Assembly (NCBI GenBank): GCA_004322215.1
Contig: SCSM01000036.1
Location: forward strand, 41,840 to 105,839
Source: Bacteroidota bacterium
GTDB taxonomy: Bacteria; Bacteroidota; Ignavibacteria; Kapaibacteriales; UBA2268
DNA: 64,000 nt
Reading direction: 5' to 3'
Of the stretch, positions 50,528 through 60,393 are shown piece after piece. Positions within the stretch are counted from its first letter, which is position 1. Each line of letters opens with the position of its first letter. The notes under the pieces were generated by a model that made no database searches, was not told where the DNA came from, and saw nothing but the letters and a program-made list of their open reading frames with translations. Position numbers and translations under genes: made by a program.

Positions 50528-51223
50528 ATGAGAATACTTGTTATTGAAGACGAAAAGAAAGTTGCAAATTTCATAAAGCAGGGGCTCGAAGAAGAAAGAT
50601 ACATTGTTGAAGTCGTAAACGACGGTGTTTCAGGTTTGGAAATGGCTATGAATAACCAGTTCGATGCCATCCTGCTCGATGTTATGCTCCCCGGTAAAGA
50701 CGGTTTCACTGTACTTACCGAACTGCGCGATGCAGGGGTATCAACTCCGATTTGCATGCTGACTGCCAAAGGTTCGACCGAAGACAGAATCCACGGGCTC
50801 GACCTCGGAGCCGATGATTATCTTCCTAAGCCATTCAGCTTCGATGAGCTTGCTGCACGGCTGCGTTCCGTTCTCAGGCGTTCCAGCCCGGAAAAAACAA
50901 CCAAGTTGAAATGCGGAGACCTCGTACTCGATACGGTTTCTCATCTGGCATTCAGATTCGGGCAGGAAATCGAGCTAACAACAAAAGAATATGCTTTACT
51001 CGAGTACCTGATACGCAACAAGAATAGAATTCTCAGCCGAAGCACAATTACTCAGCATGTGTGGAAACACAGCTTCGACCCTGAATCAAACATAATTGAT
51101 GTATATATCAAACGGCTACGTTCGAAAATCGAACATGAAGACGGTTCAAAGCCGTTGCTGCAGAGCATTCGCGGAGTCGGCTACAGGATGAGGGATATGC
51201 ATCATGAAAAGAGCCACATTTAG
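50528..51223 (+). CDS. OmpR-family response regulator (CusR/CzcR-like)
   Basis: MRILVIEDE, LLDVMLP, LTAK, GADDYLPKPF, LTTKEY, DVYIKRLR, RGVGY. Confidence 0.93.
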   Translation: MRILVIEDEKKVANFIKQGLEEERYIVEVVNDGVSGLEMAMNNQFDAILLDVMLPGKDGFTVLTELRDAGVSTPICMLTAKGSTEDRIHGLDLGADDYLPKPFSFDELAARLRSVLRRSSPEKTTKLKCGDLVLDTVSHLAFRFGQEIELTTKEYALLEYLIRNKNRILSRSTITQHVWKHSFDPESNIIDVYIKRLRSKIEHEDGSKPLLQSIRGVGYRMRDMHHEKSHI

Positions 51224-51451
51224 TTAATAAAACATATATAAGATTGAATTAATATTTCATTATTTAAATTTTCAATGTTCAATTATTAAATTAATTCGTT
51301 GATATAATGATAAAAATTGAATTGGAAATTTATATTAATTTATTAAAAATACTTTTTGATTGTAATATCGAAATTAGATGCCCCATTTTATTCTGAAAAT
51401 GTCATTTAGAAGTTAATTTAATTTTTTTACCGATTTATTTTTTTGATTGCA

Positions 51452-52333
51452 ATGAGTTTTTTTATCAAAAGAACAGCATTTATATTATTAATAATAACTC
51501 TATCATTCCTTGTTTATTCATGCAGGGAAAATTCTTCAAATCCGATTGATGAGAACATTACTTATCAGGATACGGGGAAAAAAGCATTGCTAATCGTTGT
51601 CGAGAACAAAGACCTGATTGCTTTTTCAGATGAAAATATGTTCCGTTCATATAAAGAAATGATATTACCTGTGCTTTCCGATTTATTCGGAGTGCCAAAG
51701 GATTCGATGGAAAATTTAATGCTGGGAGAAATTGTGGAGCAATACGGGGAACCCTGGCAATTGAATCAGATTGCAGATGCAGGAAAAGATTATTATGATA
51801 AGATTATAAAGCTGACTGATGAAACTGCTACATCAATATCATTTATAGACTCACTCAAAATACTTGCTGATGAAGATTATACAATTGACGTTGTATTGAA
51901 CCTGCATGGTTCGATGACATCGCTCGTATTTACTGATACAGATATTGATTTTGGTACTTTGACACAAAGAATAAAATCAAAGGGGATAAAAATCCGAGCA
52001 TTGTATCAGACTGCCTGCTATGGAAAATACTCACTCAATTCGTGGTCAAACATCGGATTATATGCAGTCAACGGTGCTGAAGATTTGAATGAAATCACAT
52101 TATTTTCTGCAGCGTATTTTATAAGAGAGTGGACTTCCGGCAAAACCTACGAGGATGCTGTTTACTCAGCTTACGATTTTGAAATACAAAAACTGAAAAC
52201 ATACAACAACATTTTACCTGTTGATGAATTTATTCTTACGCAGGAAAATTTAATGCATAGCTTACAAAGAGTAACCGGCAAAGACACAAAGATATTGTGG
52301 AAGAATGTGCCGGTAAATGATGTAATGTTTTGA
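51452..52333 (+). CDS. Lipoprotein with caspase-like (clan CD) His/Cys motifs
   Basis: Lipobox VYSC; DVVLNLHGS and RALYQTACYG; start placed at ATG 51452. Confidence 0.6.
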   Translation: MSFFIKRTAFILLIITLSFLVYSCRENSSNPIDENITYQDTGKKALLIVVENKDLIAFSDENMFRSYKEMILPVLSDLFGVPKDSMENLMLGEIVEQYGEPWQLNQIADAGKDYYDKIIKLTDETATSISFIDSLKILADEDYTIDVVLNLHGSMTSLVFTDTDIDFGTLTQRIKSKGIKIRALYQTACYGKYSLNSWSNIGLYAVNGAEDLNEITLFSAAYFIREWTSGKTYEDAVYSAYDFEIQKLKTYNNILPVDEFILTQENLMHSLQRVTGKDTKILWKNVPVNDVMF

Positions 52334-52337
52334 TGAA

Positions 52338-53504
52338 CTATCTTAACAAAACAAATTTCTTAATCAAAAAGTAATTTCCGGTTAGAAGCTTACAAAAATA
52401 TATTCCGGGTGAAAGTTCACTCGCATCAATACTCTCTTTGTATTCGGTTTCCATCACTTTTTCTCCCATTGAAGAATATATTCCAATTAAAGTTGGATAT
52501 AATTCATTAGCTTTATATTTTATTTGAATAAAATCGTTTACGGGGTTGGGAGAGATTGATAATTCATTTTCATCTGAATTATCTGCTACACTTGTATATA
52601 TATCCCGATAATATATGTTGCCATCATCGGCACGAGTAAAGATTTTGCTGTCAGAAAAACGAAGTTCCTGATATTTGCATGTCGTAAGAGCAAGGTTTTC
52701 AGTTATATCAGTCCAACTCAAAGCATCATCATAAGAGCAAAATATTTTGGCGGGAGTTCGAAGATAAATGTTATCCTGATTATCAATATTAAGATATAAT
52801 AAGCCGTTAAGATTCAGATTCATTCTTTGCCAGGTCCAGCCGGAATCAATTGAAGTAAAAAGTGTATCTTTGACAAGCATGTAAAGTTTCCCTTTGCTGT
52901 TTTCTTCGCAGAGACCAAGTTCGGAGATGCCGGGATTTTCGAGTAATGAATATGTCTTGTTTGTATCATTAGTTATGAAAAGTGAATCACGTCTTGAGTA
53001 AATAAAGTTATAATTATGAAAGACAATATAGTAACCCATATAATATGGTATTGAAAGAAAATTTAATCCATCTTTTGAATTGAAAGAAACATGTGCCCAA
53101 TCAAATGTTGCTGATATACCCATATATCTTGAATTTATTTTTGTAAGCTTATTAGAATTATAAGAATCTTCAGTCCAAACATAATTATCAGTAAAAGTTT
53201 CACCGCAATCGGTAGAGGTTTCAATTATTATTGCCATTGGACTTATACTTAAAGATATATTTCCCTCACGAGTAATCACTATACCCTCAACATTAGTAAT
53301 ATCGGTGTGTTTTATATTACTCCAACTTGTACCAAGACTGATTGATATAAATAAAGAACGGTCTTTTTGAAAAGTAAACAAAGTATCTCCCCGGTTTCCG
53401 ATTACTACTATATTAGCAGTATCAGGATGATTTACATTGAACCATTCGGCATAAGCAGCGAAGCTAATAGACAAGAACAACAAAAGAGTTAAAAGCATTT
53501 TCAT
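52338..53504 (-). CDS. BNR/Asp-box repeat protein with T9SS sorting domain
   Basis: Signal peptide; STDCGETF, SIDSGWTW, SYDDALSW; ISPNPV...PGIYFC...KKFVLLR. Confidence 0.82.
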   Translation of the reverse strand: MKMLLTLLLFLSISFAAYAEWFNVNHPDTANIVVIGNRGDTLFTFQKDRSLFISISLGTSWSNIKHTDITNVEGIVITREGNISLSISPMAIIIETSTDCGETFTDNYVWTEDSYNSNKLTKINSRYMGISATFDWAHVSFNSKDGLNFLSIPYYMGYYIVFHNYNFIYSRRDSLFITNDTNKTYSLLENPGISELGLCEENSKGKLYMLVKDTLFTSIDSGWTWQRMNLNLNGLLYLNIDNQDNIYLRTPAKIFCSYDDALSWTDITENLALTTCKYQELRFSDSKIFTRADDGNIYYRDIYTSVADNSDENELSISPNPVNDFIQIKYKANELYPTLIGIYSSMGEKVMETEYKESIDASELSPGIYFCKLLTGNYFLIKKFVLLR

Positions 53505-53681
53505 TTTGATTCCTCCTGTAAAGTTTATTTTTACCTCCCATTCTTCATTTATGAAAGAGAAGCTGTGGAAGAGGATATTATTTATTTACCAAACAGACGA
53601 TTCAATTCTTTTAAACTTACTCAAACCTTTCACAAGGAAGAGAAACAATACAAATATAAGTATAATTTTATTCGTAATTAA

Positions 53682-54488
53682 TTAAACTCTTGCGGGATTA
53701 AGTGTCATTATGAATTTCATGATTTCGGTTTCAAAGCCCTGGAGTGCATACTTTGCAACCATTACGATTAGAGCAGATGATGCGAAAAGCACAAGCAGAC
53801 CGACTGCAATTTTTAATTGAAAGCTGAGGATGAATATATTTGTTTGCGGAGCCACACGGGCGAGTAAAGCAAGTGCAAGATTAGTGAGAAATATTGCCAC
53901 AATCACTGGTGCAGCCATTTTAATACCGACAATAAACACAGTGGTTGCCATTTTTATTAGCATTGTAACGGTTGATTCGGTAACTGCAAAAGTTGTGATT
54001 GGGACTGCTCTAACGCTAGCATAAATTCCTTCGATTAGAAAATGATGTCCGTTCAAAAAGAGGAAAAGCATAATTACAATCATCTCCTTGAACTCTCCGA
54101 CAATTGTCGGGGTGTCCTCATCCATATTGAATAGCATAGCGGTAAAAAATCCCAAATCGAAATCCACTAAACCTCCTGCCATTCTTGCTCCCCAAAATAC
54201 TGCATTTGCCACGAATCCGATTGCAACACCAAGGAAAAACTCTTTCATTACAAGCAAAATCATATACCATAGATGAAATTCGATAACCGGCTGTTCTGTC
54301 CAAAATGCAGTTGTTACGGAGAAAGCAAGAATGACCCCGAGAAATATTTTTATTTGATTTGGAATCGAAGTACTGCGGAAGAAGGGACTGGCTGCGACAA
54401 ATCCCAGTATCCTGATGAACAGGAGTGTGCCGATAATCAATTTACCTGTGAGTATGTTCAGTGATGAGGAGTCAGGCATTCGCAGCAC
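53682..54488 (-). CDS. fliR: Flagellar export protein FliR
   Basis: FIRILG..AASPFF, KEFFLG, AGGLVD..LGF, LNGHH, ARVAPQTNIF. Confidence 0.92.
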   Translation of the reverse strand: MLRMPDSSSLNILTGKLIIGTLLFIRILGFVAASPFFRSTSIPNQIKIFLGVILAFSVTTAFWTEQPVIEFHLWYMILLVMKEFFLGVAIGFVANAVFWGARMAGGLVDFDLGFFTAMLFNMDEDTPTIVGEFKEMIVIMLFLFLNGHHFLIEGIYASVRAVPITTFAVTESTVTMLIKMATTVFIVGIKMAAPVIVAIFLTNLALALLARVAPQTNIFILSFQLKIAVGLLVLFASSALIVMVAKYALQGFETEIMKFIMTLNPARV

Positions 54489-54489
54489 C

Positions 54490-54756
54490 TCACTTTATAT
54501 TGGGTATCATTTTGATTAGCTCGATTGTAAAAGTTTTTAAGCTGCTAATCATGAAGGGAAGTATAAGAACAGTTACTATAAATACAGTAAGCAGTTTCGG
54601 TACGAAAGTCAGAGTCTGCTCCGAAATAGAGGTCGCTGCCTGGAATATTGAAATAATCAAACCTACAATAAGCGAAGCAAGCAGTAGAGGTCCGCTGACA
54701 ATAAGCACATAGTAAAATGCTTCACGCACAATCTGTAATACTAACTGGTCTGTCAT
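54490..54756 (-). CDS. fliQ: Flagellar export protein FliQ
   Basis: GLIISIFQAATSISEQTLTFVPK. Confidence 0.95.
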   Translation of the reverse strand: MTDQLVLQIVREAFYYVLIVSGPLLLASLIVGLIISIFQAATSISEQTLTFVPKLLTVFIVTVLILPFMISSLKTFTIELIKMIPNIK

Positions 54757-54892
54757 TTTTAGCCCTTTTGCTGTTTAGATGTTAGCAGTTTAGCATTTCT
54801 TATTACGCTAACAAATAAAATGTTTATCAAAATATTATCAACTTTATTTTTCATCTTTCATTATCAGTTATCGATTTTAAATTGTTAATTAT

Positions 54893-55687
54893 TTAAGGAG
54901 TCATAATGCTTCTCATCAACGAATCAATCACAAGATACCAGCCGTCAACGAGAATGAACAGCAGTATTTTAATCGGCATCGAAATCAACTGCGGCGGCAG
55001 CAGGAACATACCCAGAGACATCAAGGTGCTTGCTATAATCATGTCCAGCACCAGGAAGGGAACGAAGAGGAGGAATCCAATCTGGAAGGCAATTCTCAGT
55101 TCGCTGATTGTGAATGCCGGGATAATAGTCCAGGTAGAAACTTCATTGATGTCCTTCGGCTTGTCGCCACCGTTAAGCTTGATGAACAAAGCCAGGTCTT
55201 CTTCGCGTGTGTGTTTGAGCATGAACTCGCGGAATGGCTGTACGACATTTGTGAGTGCCTGCTGTTGTGTGATTTCTTCGCGCATATACGGCTGGATGCC
55301 TTCCTTGTTCGCCTTATCCAGAGCCGGCTGCATAACAAAAAAAGTAAGGAATAGTGCCAGCCCCGTAAGCACCTGTGTTGGCGGTTGAGTAGTCGTACCG
55401 ATTGCCTGCTTGAGAAAATGGAATACGACTATGATGCGTGTGAAGCATGTCATCATCACCAGAATCGAAGGTGCAAGTGCCAGAACTGTGATGATTGCAA
55501 GAATCTGCAAAGTAGTTACCAAATCATTGCTGTTTTCGGTTTTATCAACAGACAAAGACAGCTTCGGTATGCTGATGTTTGTCGGCAATTGCTGTTGTGC
55601 CTCAAGCACAGCTGTTGACATAACCAACATCAGTAATGCCGTAATGATTATTTTGTGTAACTTTTTATGTTTCATCCGCTTGAACAA
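54893..55687 (-). CDS. fliP: Flagellar export protein FliP
   Basis: LAPSILVMMTCFTRI, QPPTQVL.GLALFLT, PAFTISEL..AFQIGF, LFILVDGW. Confidence 0.95.
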   Translation of the reverse strand: MFKRMKHKKLHKIIITALLMLVMSTAVLEAQQQLPTNISIPKLSLSVDKTENSNDLVTTLQILAIITVLALAPSILVMMTCFTRIIVVFHFLKQAIGTTTQPPTQVLTGLALFLTFFVMQPALDKANKEGIQPYMREEITQQQALTNVVQPFREFMLKHTREEDLALFIKLNGGDKPKDINEVSTWTIIPAFTISELRIAFQIGFLLFVPFLVLDMIIASTLMSLGMFLLPPQLISMPIKILLFILVDGWYLVIDSLMRSIMTP

Positions 55688-55999
55688 TTATAATCTCTTA
55701 CATTTTAAGGGTGTGTTTAAATCCCCCTTAGTCCCCCATTAAAAAAGGGGGAAAAAATATCGAACCTGATGTATATGACAATAGATGTGCCATAAGTAAA
55801 ATATTCATTGCAATTATGTAATTTCAATAAAATCAAATACTTTAATTTTTAATTGTTATTGAAGCATTAAGGGAATTGATTATTTAGTGGGTAATAAAAA
55901 CCAGATGGAGATAATGAGACAAAATTAAATAACATTTTTAATGAAAAATGAAAAGTGAAAAATGAAAAATTAAGGATATATTCTTTATAAAATTTAGGA

Positions 56000-56071
56000 A
56001 TGGAAAATATATCTAAAAATAAAAGTTATGAGTTTGCAATTAGAATTGTTAAACTTAATCAAAGGGAATAA
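56000..56071 (+). pseudogene. 5' remnant of a four-helix-bundle (23S rRNA IVS-protein-like) gene
   Basis: RBS agga then MENISKNKSYEFAIRIVKLNQRE*; preceded by aatgaaa-type heptamer repeats (55940-55972). Confidence 0.6.
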
Positions 56072-56110
56072 GATAAAATAATTATTCACTATTTGTTATT
56101 CATTGAATAT

Positions 56111-56785
56111 TTATATATTCAGAATCTTTTGTCTTTCGGTTTGCATTTTGTCGTAATCCGAAAGGAACTGCTCCAAGCCGGAATCGGTCAGGGGGCTTTT
56201 CAGGGACTGCATAAGCACTTTATAAGGAACTGTTGCAATGTCGGCACCTGCTTTCGCCGCTTCGATAATATGCATGGGATGGCGGATTGACGCAGCAATA
56301 ATCTTCGATTCGTAATCCTGGACTTCCCAAATTTCGCATATATCGTTCAGCACATCGTTGCTGCTGATGGCAATGTCGTCGAGCCGGCCCATGAATACGG
56401 AAACATAAGTTGCTCCTGCATTAGCGGCTGCGATTGCCTGAGTCGGACTGAAAACGAGAGTAACGTTTGTAGGAATACCTTTTTTCGACAGTTCCTTCAC
56501 TGCTGCCAGACCATCGGGAATAATCGGAATCTTAATAGTTGCCTCGGGAAACCATGAAATTATATCTTCGGCTTCCTTGAGCATACCTTTAGTTACAGTC
56601 GAAACAACCTCGACCGAAAGGTGTCCACCGATGAGTTCATGAATTTCGAGGATACGCTGCTTAACATCAACCGATGGGTCTTCTTTTGCAAGAAGTGAAG
56701 GATTTGTCGTTACTCCGGATACGCAACCGAGCATTGCCGCATGCCTTATATGTTCTATATTTGCTGTGTCTACGTAAAGTTCCAT
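56111..56785 (-). CDS. fsa: Transaldolase / fructose-6-phosphate aldolase (TalC/Fsa family)
   Basis: DTAN, GVTTNPS, IKIP, NVTLVFS, YVSVFMGRLDD, AASIRHP, PLTDSGL. Confidence 0.92.
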   Translation of the reverse strand: MELYVDTANIEHIRHAAMLGCVSGVTTNPSLLAKEDPSVDVKQRILEIHELIGGHLSVEVVSTVTKGMLKEAEDIISWFPEATIKIPIIPDGLAAVKELSKKGIPTNVTLVFSPTQAIAAANAGATYVSVFMGRLDDIAISSNDVLNDICEIWEVQDYESKIIAASIRHPMHIIEAAKAGADIATVPYKVLMQSLKSPLTDSGLEQFLSDYDKMQTERQKILNI

Positions 56786-56990
56786 TTTTATTCCTCGAAA
56801 TTAAAGTTTTTGCTATTCGTGAAAATCCGAACCTCAAAAATTAATTAATGAAATTCATATTTAAAAATAATATCGGAATATGTGGAAAAATAATATGTAT
56901 TGGTCAATACTACCTGATTCGATTATTAAAACAAAATAACCAGGAGATATTTGAATTTTATACCAACCATAAAAAAATATTTGATTCGCA

Positions 56991-57020
56991 CTGTAACATT
57001 TTACCATTTTTTTTGTTATT
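56991..57020 (+). promoter_or_regulatory. Candidate ECF promoter TGTAAC-N16-TGTTAT upstream of the T9SS cargo array
   Basis: ctgtaacatttt-N10-ttgttatt, same flanks and spacing as 26816-26845. Confidence 0.6.
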
Positions 57021-57093
57021 ACAATGTTAACATCAGACTATTTGGAAAATAAGAAAAAAAAATAAATTTTTCAGATTAATAAGGGGTTAGAAA

Positions 57094-58866
57094 ATGAGAA
57101 CTAATATGTTTGGAACAACCTTATTGGTTGTGGTACTTATTTTGTCATTTCTTATATCAGCCGAAGGGAAAAATTTCAATCTTAAGGATTTTAATGAAAA
57201 AGCACCCGAATTGCTTGGCTCAAATAATGCCGGAACGGAATTCTGGCTGACTTTCAATCCGGCACCTGAAACACCGGGTGGGAAAAATGAATTGAAGCTT
57301 TACGTTGTTTCAGAATTTACTACCACTGTTACTGCTCTTAATTTTTCAAGATATTTTTTAGAACAAAAACAAATAAAGCCGTATGAAATAACCGAATTTA
57401 CACTAACTCCTTATCAAGGTCAGTGCTACAGTAAATCAGATTCAGAGCCACCGCAATCGGATGCAGTCTTTGGCGGTTGTGGAGAAGAATACGGAATTCA
57501 CGTATATGCCGACATGCCATTTATTTGTTATGCAGTAACTCAATATCAAAATTCAGGAGAGGGTTATCTTGCAATTCCTGTTTCCTCGCTTGGAAAAGAA
57601 TACATTGTTTCTTCATGGGCAGATGGTTCCGATAATATTACTTCTTATCACCCAAGCTATATTTCTATTGTTTCACCGTATGATAACAACATGATAGATT
57701 TTACTTTGGGTGGGACGCCGGGAACTAAAACGAAAGGCGGATTAATAACGGGGAATTCATGCAAATTCAATTTGGGAAAAGGCAACATTCTTTTGTTAGC
57801 ATCTGGCGGACAGGGAGCTGATTTCTCAGGCAGTCGTATATTGTCATCTAAGCCGGTTGCCGTCATATCGGGTAATTATTGTGCTAATATTCCTGATGGA
57901 ATAGGCGGTTGTAGCTTCGTTACAGAAATGGAAAGACCGGCTGAAACATGGGGAAAAACATATATTTATACACCGATTATATTCAGGAAAAATAATTCCT
58001 TTGTTAAAATATTTTCAAAAGAAGCAGGTACAAATATATTCAGGGATAATGTTCAAATAGCTACACTTAAGACAGCAGGGGGTATCGCCGAAGAAGGATG
58101 GATTAAACTGAGGGCTGACGAAAGTTCACCGTTTACACATATTTTCTCAGCCGATAAACCGATTAATGTTGTCCAATTCAATTGCGGATATGATGATGAT
58201 AGCGTGGAAAGCAATCCGTTTATGATGGAGCTAACACCAATGGAAGAATTTCAAAATGAGATAATATTCAGTACACCGAATTTACCATACGAAGACAGAT
58301 ACAAGTTCAATTACATAAATGTATTGTACCAGTCGGAAAAAGGTGTTTTATTGCCCGACGATGTACAAATTGCAAGTTACGAGGACAGTACATTTATCTG
58401 GAAAAAAATTGGCAATCTTCCAAATACATTGTCTGTACAAACTGTTGGTTCAATAAATGATAAATTTTATTATTTCGCGACAATCAAGCTATTGAAAAAC
58501 GGAGTATATAAAATTAAAGCAGACAATCCGTTAACGGCTTATTCTTATGGTTTTTCGGATGTGGATGGCTATGGATTTCCAGCGAGTACTTCTTTCAGTA
58601 CACTATTAAATGTGAATGGTTCTGAAAATGAAGTTGATATTAATTTATATCCCAATCCCGCAGATGATTATTTATCATTCAATTTTAATATAGAAGCTCA
58701 AAAGCCGGATTTCATAAAGTTATTTGATTCGTTTGGGAATGTTGTGTATGAAAATGAAAATATAATAGAGAATAATATTAAAATAAATACATCTGAATTA
58801 GCGAGCGGGATGTATTTTTTGCGGGTTGGGAGTATGTTTATGAGGAAGGTTGTGGTTGTTCATTGA
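57094..58866 (+). CDS. IgGFc-binding-domain protein with T9SS sorting domain
   Basis: GTEFWLTF, GYLAIPVSSLGKEY, GSRILSSKPVAVISG..CA.IP, E..P..TWGKTY, ADKPINVVQF, YSYG....GYGFP; CTD YPNPA...SGMYFL. Confidence 0.85.
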   Translation: MRTNMFGTTLLVVVLILSFLISAEGKNFNLKDFNEKAPELLGSNNAGTEFWLTFNPAPETPGGKNELKLYVVSEFTTTVTALNFSRYFLEQKQIKPYEITEFTLTPYQGQCYSKSDSEPPQSDAVFGGCGEEYGIHVYADMPFICYAVTQYQNSGEGYLAIPVSSLGKEYIVSSWADGSDNITSYHPSYISIVSPYDNNMIDFTLGGTPGTKTKGGLITGNSCKFNLGKGNILLLASGGQGADFSGSRILSSKPVAVISGNYCANIPDGIGGCSFVTEMERPAETWGKTYIYTPIIFRKNNSFVKIFSKEAGTNIFRDNVQIATLKTAGGIAEEGWIKLRADESSPFTHIFSADKPINVVQFNCGYDDDSVESNPFMMELTPMEEFQNEIIFSTPNLPYEDRYKFNYINVLYQSEKGVLLPDDVQIASYEDSTFIWKKIGNLPNTLSVQTVGSINDKFYYFATIKLLKNGVYKIKADNPLTAYSYGFSDVDGYGFPASTSFSTLLNVNGSENEVDINLYPNPADDYLSFNFNIEAQKPDFIKLFDSFGNVVYENENIIENNIKINTSELASGMYFLRVGSMFMRKVVVVH

Positions 58867-59038
58867 AATTAATGAATAGTGAAAAATGAAGAATGAATAA
58901 TTAAGAATTTATTTTTATTCAGATTCTCTCATAATCGGGAGGTGTGAAAATGAAAGCATATACTTCTTTGTTGCTTGTAATAATTGGCTGTTTTATCATG
59001 GTAAGTAAATCTTATTCGGCTAAGGACACATTGCCGCC
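58726..59038 (+). repeat. 313-bp direct repeat, copy 1 (CTD end, intergenic region, next signal peptide)
   Basis: Manual alignment with 60081-60393 shows about 8 substitutions and no indels. Confidence 0.95.
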
Positions 59039-60221
59039 TAATCCTATTTATGAATTTTGTCCATATTGTGGTGGAACCCACGACAATGCTTATGTTGAAG
59101 ATATGCCTCAGACTTATGAAAGGTCAAAACTTGACACCATCATCCTGCATAAGGAAAGTTTTAATTATGATTTTTCTTATAATGAGTTTAGACCCGGTAT
59201 AGATTACAGAACGAGATGGAATGCAAAGGTACGTGATATTAACAAAGACGCTTTTATTAAAATCACGTTCAAAGATTTTGAAGGAAATGATACGACCATT
59301 CAAAATAATTTTTATGCAACAAAATTATCAATAAGGCCTGACCTTAATTTTGGGTTACTTTCTATTGGAGAAACGAAGGAATTGGTTTGTTGGATAAAAT
59401 GTGAATCAACGGTTGATGATACGATTACGAATATAAAATTTAAAAATAATGACCGGGGTTTTGAGATAATATGTGATAATCTGCCTTTTATAATTAAATC
59501 AGGTGATTCGATTAAAATTAAAGTAAAGTTTAAGGCATATTTTGAGGGGGATTTCAGTGATAGTATTGGAATTGAAGCAAAAGGATTTGATGACTATTTA
59601 TCAAGTGTCAAAGCACAGGTTGGGGCACCAAGTATTGAAGTAACTAATTGTTGGTTTGGTGATAAATATCTTAATTCAGTTTCCAATTGTTCTATTTTGA
59701 TATGGAATCATGGTATTACCGATTTGATTGTTACAGGTTATATTGGACCAAGATACCCAAATATTTATATACCTTATTTTGATGATTTTAATGAGAATTC
59801 TCCATTGATAATTGAACCAAATGGAGTTTATTCATGCGAGATTATATTTAAACCTTATGAAGAAAAATTATATTCCGACAGTATTCTTTTTATTAGTAAT
59901 TCTATAAAAACAATTGATGCAGATAGTATTGCAGAATTATCAGGAAAAGGAGTAGCCGTCGAAGATGTTTTTAATAATAACATTGGAAACAATTTTAATA
60001 TTAATCCCAATCCTGCGGATGATTTTATTTCAGTTAATTTTATTGAAGAATTTATTAAATCCGATGTTATAAAACTTTTCGATTCGTTTGGGAATGTTGT
60101 TTATGAAAATGGAAATATAATAGAGAATAATTTTAAAATAAATACATCTGGGTTAGCGAGCGGGATGTATTTTTTGCGGGTTGGGAGTATGTTTATGAGG
60201 AAGGTTGTGGTTGTTCATTGA
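58950..60221 (+). CDS. ASH/choice-of-anchor-D Ig-repeat protein with T9SS sorting domain
   Basis: Signal peptide; LNFG/CWFG...I.N...DL....F.P...DS repeats; CTD; start placed at ATG 58950. Confidence 0.8.
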   Translation: MKAYTSLLLVIIGCFIMVSKSYSAKDTLPPNPIYEFCPYCGGTHDNAYVEDMPQTYERSKLDTIILHKESFNYDFSYNEFRPGIDYRTRWNAKVRDINKDAFIKITFKDFEGNDTTIQNNFYATKLSIRPDLNFGLLSIGETKELVCWIKCESTVDDTITNIKFKNNDRGFEIICDNLPFIIKSGDSIKIKVKFKAYFEGDFSDSIGIEAKGFDDYLSSVKAQVGAPSIEVTNCWFGDKYLNSVSNCSILIWNHGITDLIVTGYIGPRYPNIYIPYFDDFNENSPLIIEPNGVYSCEIIFKPYEEKLYSDSILFISNSIKTIDADSIAELSGKGVAVEDVFNNNIGNNFNINPNPADDFISVNFIEEFIKSDVIKLFDSFGNVVYENGNIIENNFKINTSGLASGMYFLRVGSMFMRKVVVVH

Positions 60222-60393
60222 AATTAATGAATTGTGAAAAATGAAGAATGAATAATTAAGAATTTATTTTTATTCAGATTCTCTCATAATCGGGAGGTGG
60301 GAAAATGAAAGCATATACTTTTTTGTTGCTTGTAATAATTGGCTGTTTTATCATGGTAAGTAAATCTTATTCGGCTAAGGACACATTGCCGCC
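60081..60393 (+). repeat. 313-bp direct repeat, copy 2
   Basis: Near-identical to 58726-59038. Confidence 0.95.

Noticed and set aside
58726-60393. 313-bp repeat pair as a diversity-generating retroelement TR/VR
   Set aside because: No reverse transcriptase in the window; substitutions include G, T and C positions; the repeat covers conserved secretion signals rather than a variable ligand-binding region
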